Notes: generated by a model from the sequence alone, not told the origin. A stretch of DNA of 43,678 nt from Prolixibacteraceae bacterium (GCA_036834745.1 DAITNH010000001.1:13076-56753); one strand, 5' to 3'. Counted from the first letter of the stretch, positions 28,972-37,157 are shown. Program-made: numbers and translations.

Positions 28972-30066
28972 CTATTTTGTAAACAGACCTGCGCCTAAAT
29001 TGGCTCCCAATGTACCCGGCAACAAATGCAGATAGTTGCGATCGGTTGGATCTTCTACGATTTGCAAATTACCCTCTTTCTTTAGGACAACATTATCGCT
29101 GAGTTTCAATTTTGCAGGATCTGCCTTTTCACCAAAACCGGCCGGTCCACCGCCTTTGTTAATCAGTTCTCTATAGCCTGAAATTAATGAGTTTGAAAGG
29201 GAAAACGATGCTTTTTCATCTCTGTTTAAAATCCAGAAAACATTGGTGCCCGTTACAACATTATTGTAAAATTTCAAATCTTCGGCAGCAGACCATGACC
29301 ACACAGTTGCACCATAATTGTCAATAAAAAGATTGTGGTGTATTTCACAATTTCTGGCTGGTTCGTCCGAATTCCACAAAACAATGGCATCTTTACATTG
29401 ATAGAAGACACAGTGATCAACCACCACCCCTTGTCCACTTGCCAGTATGGCCACATGGTTGGGAATGGCATGTTGGTCGCCCAAGAACAAACACTGGGTA
29501 ATGCGCAAATCGTCAAGATTCCGACCTTCCCGCACAATTGGATAATTTCTTCTGACCAAACCATTCCTGGGGCGTTCATGTACAGGTGTGCCCAAAACTC
29601 TTAGCCCTTGAATAGTAACATGATTTGTTTCAATCTGAATTCCGTATGAAGTTCCACCAAGTGGATCATTATTCCCATTTGGCTTAAAATTGAGAGGCAT
29701 TGTTGACACAATGACCGGCATTTTCCCGTGATCCCAATCGAAATCATCCGGTAAAACTTCTGCCCTGATGGTCAGTCGCTGCTCTTTTGTAAAATGCCAG
29801 TTCGCCGGATGAAAGGTTGCCGTAGCATCAAGCCCATATATACCTTCGGAAAGATATACCGTAATCGCACCTTTGCCATTAGCCTGATTGACCAGATCGG
29901 CAGCCTTATTCAATGTTTTTAAGGGTTGTTCTTTTGTTCCGGGGTTTTGATCATTGCCTGTAATCTCATTGATGAAAAACTCTTTTGTACTTTGTGCAAA
30001 TGAAACTTTTCCTATTGAAAATAGAAATCCAAATAGGACCAAACCGAGTAAAATTTTTGTATTCAT
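28972..30066 (-). CDS. Secreted right-handed parallel beta-helix protein (DUF1565/pectate-lyase-like N-terminus)
   Basis: Signal peptide; 'GNDQNPGTKEQPLKTLNKA', 'VYLSEGIY', repeats 'VTIQGL', 'VVDHCVF', 'EIHHNLF', 'FYNNVV'. Confidence 0.75.
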   Translation of the reverse strand: MNTKILLGLVLFGFLFSIGKVSFAQSTKEFFINEITGNDQNPGTKEQPLKTLNKAADLVNQANGKGAITVYLSEGIYGLDATATFHPANWHFTKEQRLTIRAEVLPDDFDWDHGKMPVIVSTMPLNFKPNGNNDPLGGTSYGIQIETNHVTIQGLRVLGTPVHERPRNGLVRRNYPIVREGRNLDDLRITQCLFLGDQHAIPNHVAILASGQGVVVDHCVFYQCKDAIVLWNSDEPARNCEIHHNLFIDNYGATVWSWSAAEDLKFYNNVVTGTNVFWILNRDEKASFSLSNSLISGYRELINKGGGPAGFGEKADPAKLKLSDNVVLKKEGNLQIVEDPTDRNYLHLLPGTLGANLGAGLFTK

Positions 30067-30086
30067 GTTTTTTTTATTTAGTATTT

Positions 30087-31082
30087 TTAGTCAATTAATA
30101 TAACCACTTTTCCATTGGCTTCATTATTCTCCATCAGCAGGTGTGCCTTTCCGATTTCGGATAAAGAGAACACTTTGGCAATTGTTGGGCGCAGGTTGTG
30201 TTTTTTGATATGATAAAAAAAATCATCCACGATCTTTTGAGTCGGATAATTGCTCGAAAAACCGGTAAGGTAAACTCCGGATGGAATGTCTTTAATCGGG
30301 TAAAAATGATCGATTGATCCTTTCTTTCCAAGGATTCCGGTTACACAAACAATTCCGTGATGTCGAAGTAGGCTGGCCGATTCCAACAATGTAGCCGGAC
30401 CAATCAGTTCGAGAATCTTATTTACTCCCTGAGGATAAAGACTGTGCAACTGATTTTTTAACGTGCCATCATCAATCAGCACATGATCAGCACCTTGCGA
30501 AATCAAAAGATCGCGCTTGTTTTCTTTTCGGGTTGAAGCCAGAACTGTTGCTCCAACGCTTTTAGCCAGTTGAATGGCTGCGAGTCCTGCTGCACTTGTT
30601 CCCCCGCGAACGAGTAAAACATCTTCAGGAGCAAGTTGCAGGCAATTAAAAAGTGAACCGTAGGCTGTGAAGTATGTTTCGGGAATGGCTGCCAATTCTC
30701 CCCACGGCAAGTTCGTTTCAACTGAAAAAACATTCTTTGTAGGGACTAACGTATATTCGGCATAACTGCCATCGAAGCTGCGTCCCATGCCGCCCATCAG
30801 AGCAACTACCCGGTGACCTTTCCTGAATGAATTATCCGAACCATCAGCGATTTCACCGGCACATTCAATTCCAAGGATACGCGGTAACTGAATATAGGAA
30901 GCATTTCCTTCGTATTCACGCATCATCAGTTCCGAGCGGTTCAATCCGAAAGCTTTTACTTCAATGAGCACCCATCCCGGTTTTACCTTTGGAATTGGAA
31001 CTTCACTGATGGTGAGTTCTTCAGGAGAACATGTTTTGTATAGTACTACAGCCTTCATTTTCAAATTTTCAAATTCTTTCAT
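30087..31082 (-). CDS. MDR-superfamily NAD(P)H:quinone oxidoreductase-like protein
   Basis: 'KAFGLNRSE', 'PRILGIECAGEI', 'MGGMGRSFDGSYAEY', 'RGGTSAAGLAA', 'ANGKVVI'; lacks the canonical Zn-ADH ligand set. Confidence 0.88.
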   Translation of the reverse strand: MKEFENLKMKAVVLYKTCSPEELTISEVPIPKVKPGWVLIEVKAFGLNRSELMMREYEGNASYIQLPRILGIECAGEIADGSDNSFRKGHRVVALMGGMGRSFDGSYAEYTLVPTKNVFSVETNLPWGELAAIPETYFTAYGSLFNCLQLAPEDVLLVRGGTSAAGLAAIQLAKSVGATVLASTRKENKRDLLISQGADHVLIDDGTLKNQLHSLYPQGVNKILELIGPATLLESASLLRHHGIVCVTGILGKKGSIDHFYPIKDIPSGVYLTGFSSNYPTQKIVDDFFYHIKKHNLRPTIAKVFSLSEIGKAHLLMENNEANGKVVILID

Positions 31083-31089
31083 TTTTAAA

Positions 31090-32115
31090 TCAACTCACCT
31101 GTTTCCAGCACTGCGGATCGGGTCCGTAAAAGTTACCGGTATATCCGTAAGTCACCGCTGGACAGCCTCTGCAAAAGCGTTTTAATTCGCATTTGCTGCA
31201 TTTCTCGAATTTCTCGTAATCGCGGTATTGGTTGATGTTGTCGCCGGTAAAAATGTCGAATAGCTTTTCGTTGAAAACATTGCCAATGTTGCTTTCGAAC
31301 CGGCGGCAGGCATAAACTTCACCTTTTGGGAGAATAGTAAGATGACAATTGGCACAGTTGCAACCATCGTAAATCATTTCCTCATTCAAATTTTCAGGAA
31401 TGGTAAAAAGACCTTTTTCGTAAAGGAAAAGTGTCCAAAGGTGATCTTTCAGGTTAAAACTGGTTCCGCTATCTTTATAGTCTTCAAACTTTTGCCAGCA
31501 GATTTCGAGCAATTCCTTATATTGTTCGGGTGACAAATGAGTGCTTTTCTCTGAACTGGTTGGGCAATATCTAGCAAATGCAAAAGTGTCGGCTTTGTGT
31601 TCCACGACCAGATCAATGATACCGGGTATTTCGACCATGTTGGTGCCCGAAACAGTAGTCATTATAACACATCGGATGCCGGCATCGCGAATGCATTTTA
31701 TTTTTTCAAGGGTAGTATCAAACGATCCCGGTTTGCGAATGGTGTCGTGCGTTTCACGCAGTCCATCGATCGAAAGCTGATACCTTTCGCACCCGCAATC
31801 TTTCAATCTTTGGCAAACCTGGTCGTTCAAATGAAATGGATTACCCAATATGGTAAAGGCAATTTTATGTGATTTGAACAGTTCCATCAATTCCCAGAAA
31901 CGGCTGTGCAAAATCGGGTCGCCACCAGTAATGTAGAAATATGGAATGCGGTTTGCCTTTTGGCACATGTCCAAACAATTTCCGAAAACCGATTCAATTT
32001 CCGGCCACGACATCTCTTTCAGCTTGATGTGATTGTTCTCCGAAAAGATGTAGCAATGCTGACACCGCTGATCGCAACTGTCGGTAATATGCCATTGAAA
32101 AGCGAAATATTCCAT
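31090..32115 (-). CDS. acgM: Radical SAM/SPASM peptide maturase, ACGX-system type
   Basis: 'FQWHITDSCDQRCQHC' (CxxxCxxC), 'ITGGDP', SPASM cysteines 'GCNCANC...YACRR' and 'CSKCELKRFCRGCP...DPQC'; immediately downstream of a SACG-repeat peptide. Confidence 0.88.
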   Translation of the reverse strand: MEYFAFQWHITDSCDQRCQHCYIFSENNHIKLKEMSWPEIESVFGNCLDMCQKANRIPYFYITGGDPILHSRFWELMELFKSHKIAFTILGNPFHLNDQVCQRLKDCGCERYQLSIDGLRETHDTIRKPGSFDTTLEKIKCIRDAGIRCVIMTTVSGTNMVEIPGIIDLVVEHKADTFAFARYCPTSSEKSTHLSPEQYKELLEICWQKFEDYKDSGTSFNLKDHLWTLFLYEKGLFTIPENLNEEMIYDGCNCANCHLTILPKGEVYACRRFESNIGNVFNEKLFDIFTGDNINQYRDYEKFEKCSKCELKRFCRGCPAVTYGYTGNFYGPDPQCWKQVS

Positions 32116-32139
32116 GAATTCTATTTTAATATTTGAATT

Positions 32140-32179
32140 AAAAATCCCGGTCTGTAAACATTACAAGCCGGGATTTTTT
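32140..32179 (-). terminator. Terminator/attenuator hairpin between precursor and maturase
   Basis: Minus strand AAAAAATCCCGGCTTGTAA-tgt-TTACAGACCGGGATTTTT. Confidence 0.8.
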
Positions 32180-32187
32180 CTGTCTAA

Positions 32188-32457
32188 TTACTTGTCGTCG
32201 CTACCGCACGATGAACCACAGGCCGAAGGTTTGGGATTATCGTCGTCACCAGCTCCGCAAGCGGATGGTTTTGGCTGATTATCATCACCTGCGCCACAGG
32301 CTGACGGTTTCTGATCGTCGTCGCCCGAACCGCAAGCTGAACCAGCACCAGATGTAGCAAGTAACAACTGTTTAGAGTTTAAATAACCTTGTGCACTTCG
32401 TGGAGCAAAATATTCTCTGATACCTGCCCATCCGTTTAATAAATTTAATTTGTTCAT
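32188..32457 (-). CDS. acgA: ACGX-repeat RiPP precursor peptide (89 aa)
   Basis: ATG at 32457 after an A-rich leader; about 39-aa leader, then SACGSGDDDQKP, SACGAGDDNQPKP, SACGAGDDDNPKP, SACGSSCGSDDK; TAAATTTG element 27 nt upstream. Confidence 0.85.
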   Translation of the reverse strand: MNKLNLLNGWAGIREYFAPRSAQGYLNSKQLLLATSGAGSACGSGDDDQKPSACGAGDDNQPKPSACGAGDDDNPKPSACGSSCGSDDK

Positions 32458-32484
32458 TTTCCGTTGATTTATAAGTTTACAATG

Positions 32485-32492
32485 CAAATTTA
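32485..32492 (-). promoter_or_regulatory. -7 promoter element (TAAATTTG) of the precursor/rSAM operon
   Basis: Exact TAnnTTTG match; a divergent TATTTTTG at 32655-32662 precedes the HxlR gene. Confidence 0.6.
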
Positions 32493-32687
32493 GATAGTAT
32501 GTAAACATTGTGCAATCAGGTTTGTAACGCACCTTAAAGGTTAGAATTATTGATTATCAATGATTTGATAATGAAATTATTTTTGATTTAAATGCATTTT
32601 TTTATCGGGAGTAATAATTCTCATAGAGTGTTACTCTCTTTAAGAGATTAATTCTATTTTTGAGGTAAATTATGAAAAAATACACTG

Positions 32688-33023
32688 ATGAGAGAACTGG
32701 ATTTGCGTTACCCATCCTGCCCGATCAGAAACGTATTGAGCAGATTTAGCGACAAATGGTCACTTTTGATATTGGCAACCTTGCAGGGAAAAGAAAATTT
32801 GCGGTATAAGGAACTTCTGAATGCCATTCCCGATATTTCACAGAAAATGCTATCAAGTACATTAAAGCAGTTGGAAGCAGATCATTTTTTAATTCGGAAA
32901 GCTTATGCCGAAATACCTCCACGGGTAGAATATTCACTGACTGAAATGGCTAAAAGTTTAATGCCGGTATTAAATACGATGATCGATTGGTCGTTGGTTC
33001 ATTTTGAAGAGGTTACAAAATAA
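32688..33023 (+). CDS. HxlR/DUF24-family winged-helix transcriptional regulator
   Basis: 'CPIRNVLSRFSDKWSLLIL', 'ISQKMLSSTLKQLE', 'PPRVEYSLT'. Confidence 0.93.
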   Translation: MRELDLRYPSCPIRNVLSRFSDKWSLLILATLQGKENLRYKELLNAIPDISQKMLSSTLKQLEADHFLIRKAYAEIPPRVEYSLTEMAKSLMPVLNTMIDWSLVHFEEVTK

Positions 33024-33041
33024 ATTTCGTGGCGAATCTGA

Positions 33042-33083
33042 TTTCAGAATTAAGGATTTATAATCAAATTCTTAATTCTGAAA
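33042..33083. terminator. Hairpin between convergent HxlR and AraC genes
   Basis: TTTCAGAATTAAG ... CTTAATTCTGAAA, 13-bp perfect arms; the right arm overlaps the AraC stop. Confidence 0.6.
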
Positions 33084-33983
33084 CCTGAATTCATTCGGGG
33101 TGCATCCTACTCTTTGTTTAAAGAGCCTTGTGAAGTGTTGGGGGTATTTGAACCCCAATTCGTAAGCAATTTCATTCACTGTTTTATCGGAATCGAAAGT
33201 CTTGGTTTTGGCCACGTCAATAATTTTGTCCTGAATGTATTCTTTTGCTGATTTTCCTGTTTCTTTCTTAATCAAATCGCCAAAGTAGTTGGCCGACAAA
33301 TGAAGTTCTTCCGCAAAATAAGCTACAGAAGGCAACCCGATTTTCTGTGGTTTGTCTGATGAAAAATAGCTGTTCAGCAATTCTTCAAATTTTTCCAGAA
33401 TACCTTTGTTAACATTGTCCCGTGTAATGAATTGGCGGTCATAAAAACGGTCACAGTAATTCAGGAACAATTCAATGTTTGAAGCAATTAGTTTCTTGCT
33501 GTGCTTATCGATGTTTTGCTGTAATTCGAATTCAATTTTTGAAAAACAATCCAGAACTACCTGCCTTTCACGTTCCGACAAGTGCAAAGCTTCATTGGCG
33601 TTGTAGCTGAAGAAGTTATACTCATGAATGATCCTTCCCAAAGACGTCCCGCGGATCAGGTCGGGATGGAACACTAAAGCATATCCTTTAGGCTGATACA
33701 CTTGTCCGTCAGTTTCAATAACCATCAGCTGCCCCGGTGCAACAAATACCAAAGTGCCTTCCTGATAGTCGTAGTAATTTTGTCCATATCTTAAATCGCA
33801 GCCTTTTACATCTTTCAAAAAAATGCAGTACAGGCCATAATTTATCCGAACACTCTTTTCACCATCCCACGACCTTGGATTCGCTTTCGAGAAATCAATT
33901 ACGCTGACCAAAGGGTGTAGCGTTTCGTGATTATTCAGGGCATTGTATTCATTTACCGTATCAAATTTGAAAATCCGTTCCAT
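33072..33983 (-). CDS. AraC-family transcriptional regulator
   Basis: 'HPLVSVIDFS', 'YDYQEGTLVF', 'FHPDLI', 'EALHLSERE', 'EIAYELGFKYPQHFTRLFK'. Confidence 0.95.
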   Translation of the reverse strand: MERIFKFDTVNEYNALNNHETLHPLVSVIDFSKANPRSWDGEKSVRINYGLYCIFLKDVKGCDLRYGQNYYDYQEGTLVFVAPGQLMVIETDGQVYQPKGYALVFHPDLIRGTSLGRIIHEYNFFSYNANEALHLSERERQVVLDCFSKIEFELQQNIDKHSKKLIASNIELFLNYCDRFYDRQFITRDNVNKGILEKFEELLNSYFSSDKPQKIGLPSVAYFAEELHLSANYFGDLIKKETGKSAKEYIQDKIIDVAKTKTFDSDKTVNEIAYELGFKYPQHFTRLFKQRVGCTPNEFRFQN

Positions 33984-34051
33984 AGTTGCATTTGTTTTTC
34001 TGAAACAAATTTAAGTATTCTAACCTGGCTGTAACCATTCAATACGTCCAA

Positions 34052-34082
34052 TCAGTAAAAATGGTAGAAGAAGCAGTAATTT
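34052..34082 (+). promoter_or_regulatory. Putative AraC tandem binding site (CnGTAA repeated at 21-bp spacing), upstream of TACATTTG at 34111-34118
   Basis: TCAGTAAAAATGGTAGAAGAAGCAGTAATTT aligns without gaps to 43463-43493 next to the paralogous AraC. Confidence 0.6.
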
Positions 34083-34146
34083 ATATACCATTGCTTGTAT
34101 TGTAAGCACTTACATTTGTTGAATTAAAAAAGCAGTAAAATGAAAA

Positions 34147-35277
34147 ATGAAAAATGAAAAATACAATCAAAAATTCGTGAGATTCGCCAGAGTTCTTACA
34201 GGTTATAAAAAGCGTTCAAAACTGGTGTGTGCCCTCCTGTTATTTCTGACCGTTGGCCTGAGCTCTAATGCCGCAGCCAAAGAGAAACCGTTGAAGATTC
34301 GTGAACAAGGTAGCTTTGCCGTTGGTGGAACAGTGATTACAAATCCCGGGACATTCAATCCGTATAATCAAACTCCGGAAGGACAAACCTTTCATGGCGA
34401 CCATGCATACGTTTTTTATCAGGTTCCGGTGAAGGCCCGTCAATATCCTTTAGTGATGTGGCACGGTATCGGGCAGTTTTCCAAAACCTGGGAAACCACA
34501 CCCGATGGTCGCGAAGGATTTCAGAACATCTTTTTACGCAGGCGCTTTCCGGTTTATGTGATTGACCAGCCACGACGCGGAAACGCTGGCCGCAGCATGG
34601 TGGCAGGCACGATAACTCCAACACCCGATGAACAGGGATGGTTTGGTACTTTTCGTGTTGGTATTTGGCCTGACTATTTTGATGGTGTGCAATTCTCAAA
34701 AGATGCAGAGGCGCTCAATCAATATTTCCGTCAGATGGTACCCAATGTTGGACCTATTGATATCAATGTCAATGCCGATGCAGTTTCGGCGCTGTTCGAT
34801 AAAATTGGTACCGGAATCCTTGTTTCGCATTCACATTCAGGTGGTATGGGCTGGGCAACCGCCATCAAAAATCAAAATATAAAAGCCATCGTTTCTTATG
34901 AGCCCGGAAGCGGCTTTCTGTTTCCTGAAGGAGAAGTGCCTGCTCCTATCCAAATGGCCGGAGGTACACTCACCGCCATTGGCGTGCCATTGTCAGATTT
35001 TATGAAGCTGACCAAAATTCCCATCATTATTTACTACGGTGATTTTATTCCTGAAATACCAATGAATAATCCGGGACAGGATGGCTGGCGGGCACGACTG
35101 GAAATGGCTCGTTTATGGAGAGATGCCGTAAACAAGCATGGCGGCGATGTAACAGTGGTGCATCTGCCCGAAATCGGAATTAAAGGCAATACACATTTCC
35201 CGTTCTCCGATTTAAACAACATTGAAATAGCCGATTTGATGTCGAAGTGGTTAAAAGAGAAAGGATTGGATAAATGA
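34147..35277 (+). CDS. Alpha/beta-fold hydrolase, probably exported
   Basis: 'EQGSFAVGG', 'TWETTPDGREG', 'IDQPRRG', nucleophile elbow 'SHSHSGG', 'GNTHFPF'. Confidence 0.85.
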   Translation: MKNEKYNQKFVRFARVLTGYKKRSKLVCALLLFLTVGLSSNAAAKEKPLKIREQGSFAVGGTVITNPGTFNPYNQTPEGQTFHGDHAYVFYQVPVKARQYPLVMWHGIGQFSKTWETTPDGREGFQNIFLRRRFPVYVIDQPRRGNAGRSMVAGTITPTPDEQGWFGTFRVGIWPDYFDGVQFSKDAEALNQYFRQMVPNVGPIDINVNADAVSALFDKIGTGILVSHSHSGGMGWATAIKNQNIKAIVSYEPGSGFLFPEGEVPAPIQMAGGTLTAIGVPLSDFMKLTKIPIIIYYGDFIPEIPMNNPGQDGWRARLEMARLWRDAVNKHGGDVTVVHLPEIGIKGNTHFPFSDLNNIEIADLMSKWLKEKGLDK

Positions 35278-35320
35278 TAGGGTATCGACTGTTCAAAATA
35301 ACTATCAATTTCTTTTAGGC

Positions 35321-35475
35321 AGCCCTGAAAGGGTTTGGTCTGTTAACACAGGGTGTAGCCCTGTGCTTGCAGGTGTACCATAGTTCCTGAGCCCTGTAAG
35401 GGCGAAACATAACGCCCTTACAGGGCTTCAACTATTCTTTGCCCTGCGCTATTGGATCAAAGGGCTTTCAGCCTT
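35321..35475. repeat. REP/REPIN-like cluster of GCCCTG(A/T)AAGGG palindromes
   Basis: AGCCCTGAAAGGG; CACAGGG-tgtag-CCCTGTG; perfect 15-bp IR AGCCCTGTAAGGGCG/CGCCCTTACAGGGCT (35390-35427); decayed right end. Confidence 0.75.
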
Positions 35476-35530
35476 AACAAAACAACATTAAAATTAGTAT
35501 TGTAAAAAACTGTAGGAGAGGAAATTAAAA

Positions 35531-36583
35531 ATGAAAAGTAAACTAAAAAACTATTTTTTGATAATTATGGTTACATCAATCAACTTCATTTCATCAGCTC
35601 AAACCAAACCTGGGAATGCTTTTGGTCTGGTTTACCGGGATGCTATTAAAGAAAATGTATCAGGAAAGGTAAATATCCATCCTGTAAGTTATAACCTGAA
35701 TGGCATTGAAATCGCTGCCAATATTTACACACCTGCCAACTACGACCCGTCAAAGACTTATCCCGCGGTGGTGGTAGCCCATCCCAACGGCGGGATTAAA
35801 GAGCAGGTTGCAGGATTATACGCGCAGCGTTTGGCTGAATCGGGTTACATCACCATTGCTGCCGATGCGACGTACCAGGGTGCAAGCGGTGGACTGCCCC
35901 GCAATGTGGATAAACCTGCTTTTCGAATTGATGACATTCGCGGAATGGCAGATTTCATTACCCAATATAAAGGTGTGGATGCAAACCGTCTGGGTGTATT
36001 GGGCGTTTGCGGTGGTGGAGGCTACACATTAAAAGCAGCTCAAACCGATAAACGTTTCAAAGTTGTTGCTACGTTGAGCATGTTTAATTCGGGATTAGTA
36101 AGGCGCAACGGATTCATGAATTCGGGATTGGCCACCATTCAGCAACGTTTAAAACAGGCTACTGAAGCCCGTGCGTTGGAAGCTGCAGGGGGCGAAGTGC
36201 GCTATGTGGGTGACACCAAAATGACCGATGAAGAAATTGCTAAGCTGCCGTTTGATCTGTATCGCGAAGGCTTTGAATATTATGGCAAAACCCATGCACA
36301 CCCCAATTCCACTTTCAGATATACCATGAGCAGTCTGCTCGATCTGATGGCCTTTGATGCTGCGACCAACATGGATTTGATCAACCAGCCCCTGTTGATG
36401 ATGGCGGGAAGCAAAGCCGACACTTATTACATGACCGACAGTGCATTCAACCTTGCCACAGGTACCAAGGAGAAGGAATTGTTCCTGATTCCGGGTGCTA
36501 CCCACATTCAAACCTATTATGTTCCTGAATATGTGTCTCAGGCAATGAGTAAACTCAACGAGTTCTTCGGTAAATATTTGTAA
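35531..36583 (+). CDS. Alpha/beta hydrolase (YcjY / dienelactone-hydrolase-like, Cys nucleophile)
   Basis: 'AHPNGGIKEQVAGLYAQRLA', 'GVCGGGGY', 'IPGATHI'. Confidence 0.87.
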   Translation: MKSKLKNYFLIIMVTSINFISSAQTKPGNAFGLVYRDAIKENVSGKVNIHPVSYNLNGIEIAANIYTPANYDPSKTYPAVVVAHPNGGIKEQVAGLYAQRLAESGYITIAADATYQGASGGLPRNVDKPAFRIDDIRGMADFITQYKGVDANRLGVLGVCGGGGYTLKAAQTDKRFKVVATLSMFNSGLVRRNGFMNSGLATIQQRLKQATEARALEAAGGEVRYVGDTKMTDEEIAKLPFDLYREGFEYYGKTHAHPNSTFRYTMSSLLDLMAFDAATNMDLINQPLLMMAGSKADTYYMTDSAFNLATGTKEKELFLIPGATHIQTYYVPEYVSQAMSKLNEFFGKYL

Positions 36584-36617
36584 AAAGATGTTAAACAAAT
36601 TTCAAAATGTATCAATT

Positions 36618-37082
36618 ATGAAAGCAACAATTATCGGACTGTTTTTAATCATCATGGGTTCGCAATTATCCTTCGCACAAAATTCTGCGACTAAGAGTTT
36701 CACCACCTCAGAACAGGAAATCGTTGACCTTTCAAAGGACAAATGGCAGTGGATGGCCGACAAAAATGCAGATGTCCTAAGTAAACTCTTCCACGAGAAA
36801 GCTGTGTTTGTCCACATGGGAGGGTCCTGGGGGACAGAGCGGGAGCTCAATATCATCAAAGACGGAGGGATTTGGTACAAGAAAGCGGATATTCATGAAG
36901 TATCGGTGAATATCATTGACAATACGGCCATTCTTTTAAACAGAATTGATTTGTTAGCCGTTGTCGGTGGAAATGAAGTGACTAATCCGTTTATGGTTAC
37001 TGAAGTATATATAAAACAAGAGGGTAGCTGGAAGTTAGGCTCGCTATCGTTTACCAAGCTGATGACACCCGGCGGACAGTAA
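36618..37082 (+). CDS. NTF2-like / DUF4440 family protein, exported
   Basis: Signal peptide from MKATII (alternative start 36588); 'KWQWMADK', 'FVHMGG', 'FMVTEVY...WKL'. Confidence 0.8.
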   Translation: MKATIIGLFLIIMGSQLSFAQNSATKSFTTSEQEIVDLSKDKWQWMADKNADVLSKLFHEKAVFVHMGGSWGTERELNIIKDGGIWYKKADIHEVSVNIIDNTAILLNRIDLLAVVGGNEVTNPFMVTEVYIKQEGSWKLGSLSFTKLMTPGGQ

Positions 37083-37157
37083 AAAGTAAATTAAATCTAA
37101 GCTGTTTTTAAGTCCCGAGTTCTCGGGATTTGGAGAGGGCTTTAAAACCATAAACGT

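Noticed and set aside
31090..32115. rSAM/SPASM enzyme as the anaerobic sulfatase maturase (anSME) for the two sulfatases
   Set aside because: It lies more than 14 kb from them and directly behind a Cys-repeat peptide. Its N-terminus (FQWHIT..C) is unlike the anSME 'KP....CNL.C.YC' and 'WQGGEP' pattern.
32191..32340. 36-39 nt periodic repeats as a CRISPR array
   Set aside because: The repeats are in-frame coding units with synonymous variation, no identical direct repeats with unique spacers, and no cas genes nearby.
32458..32532. 25-aa N-terminal extension of the precursor in the ORF track
   Set aside because: It uses a non-ATG start and spans the TAAATTTG promoter element; ATG 32457 has a typical A-rich initiation context.
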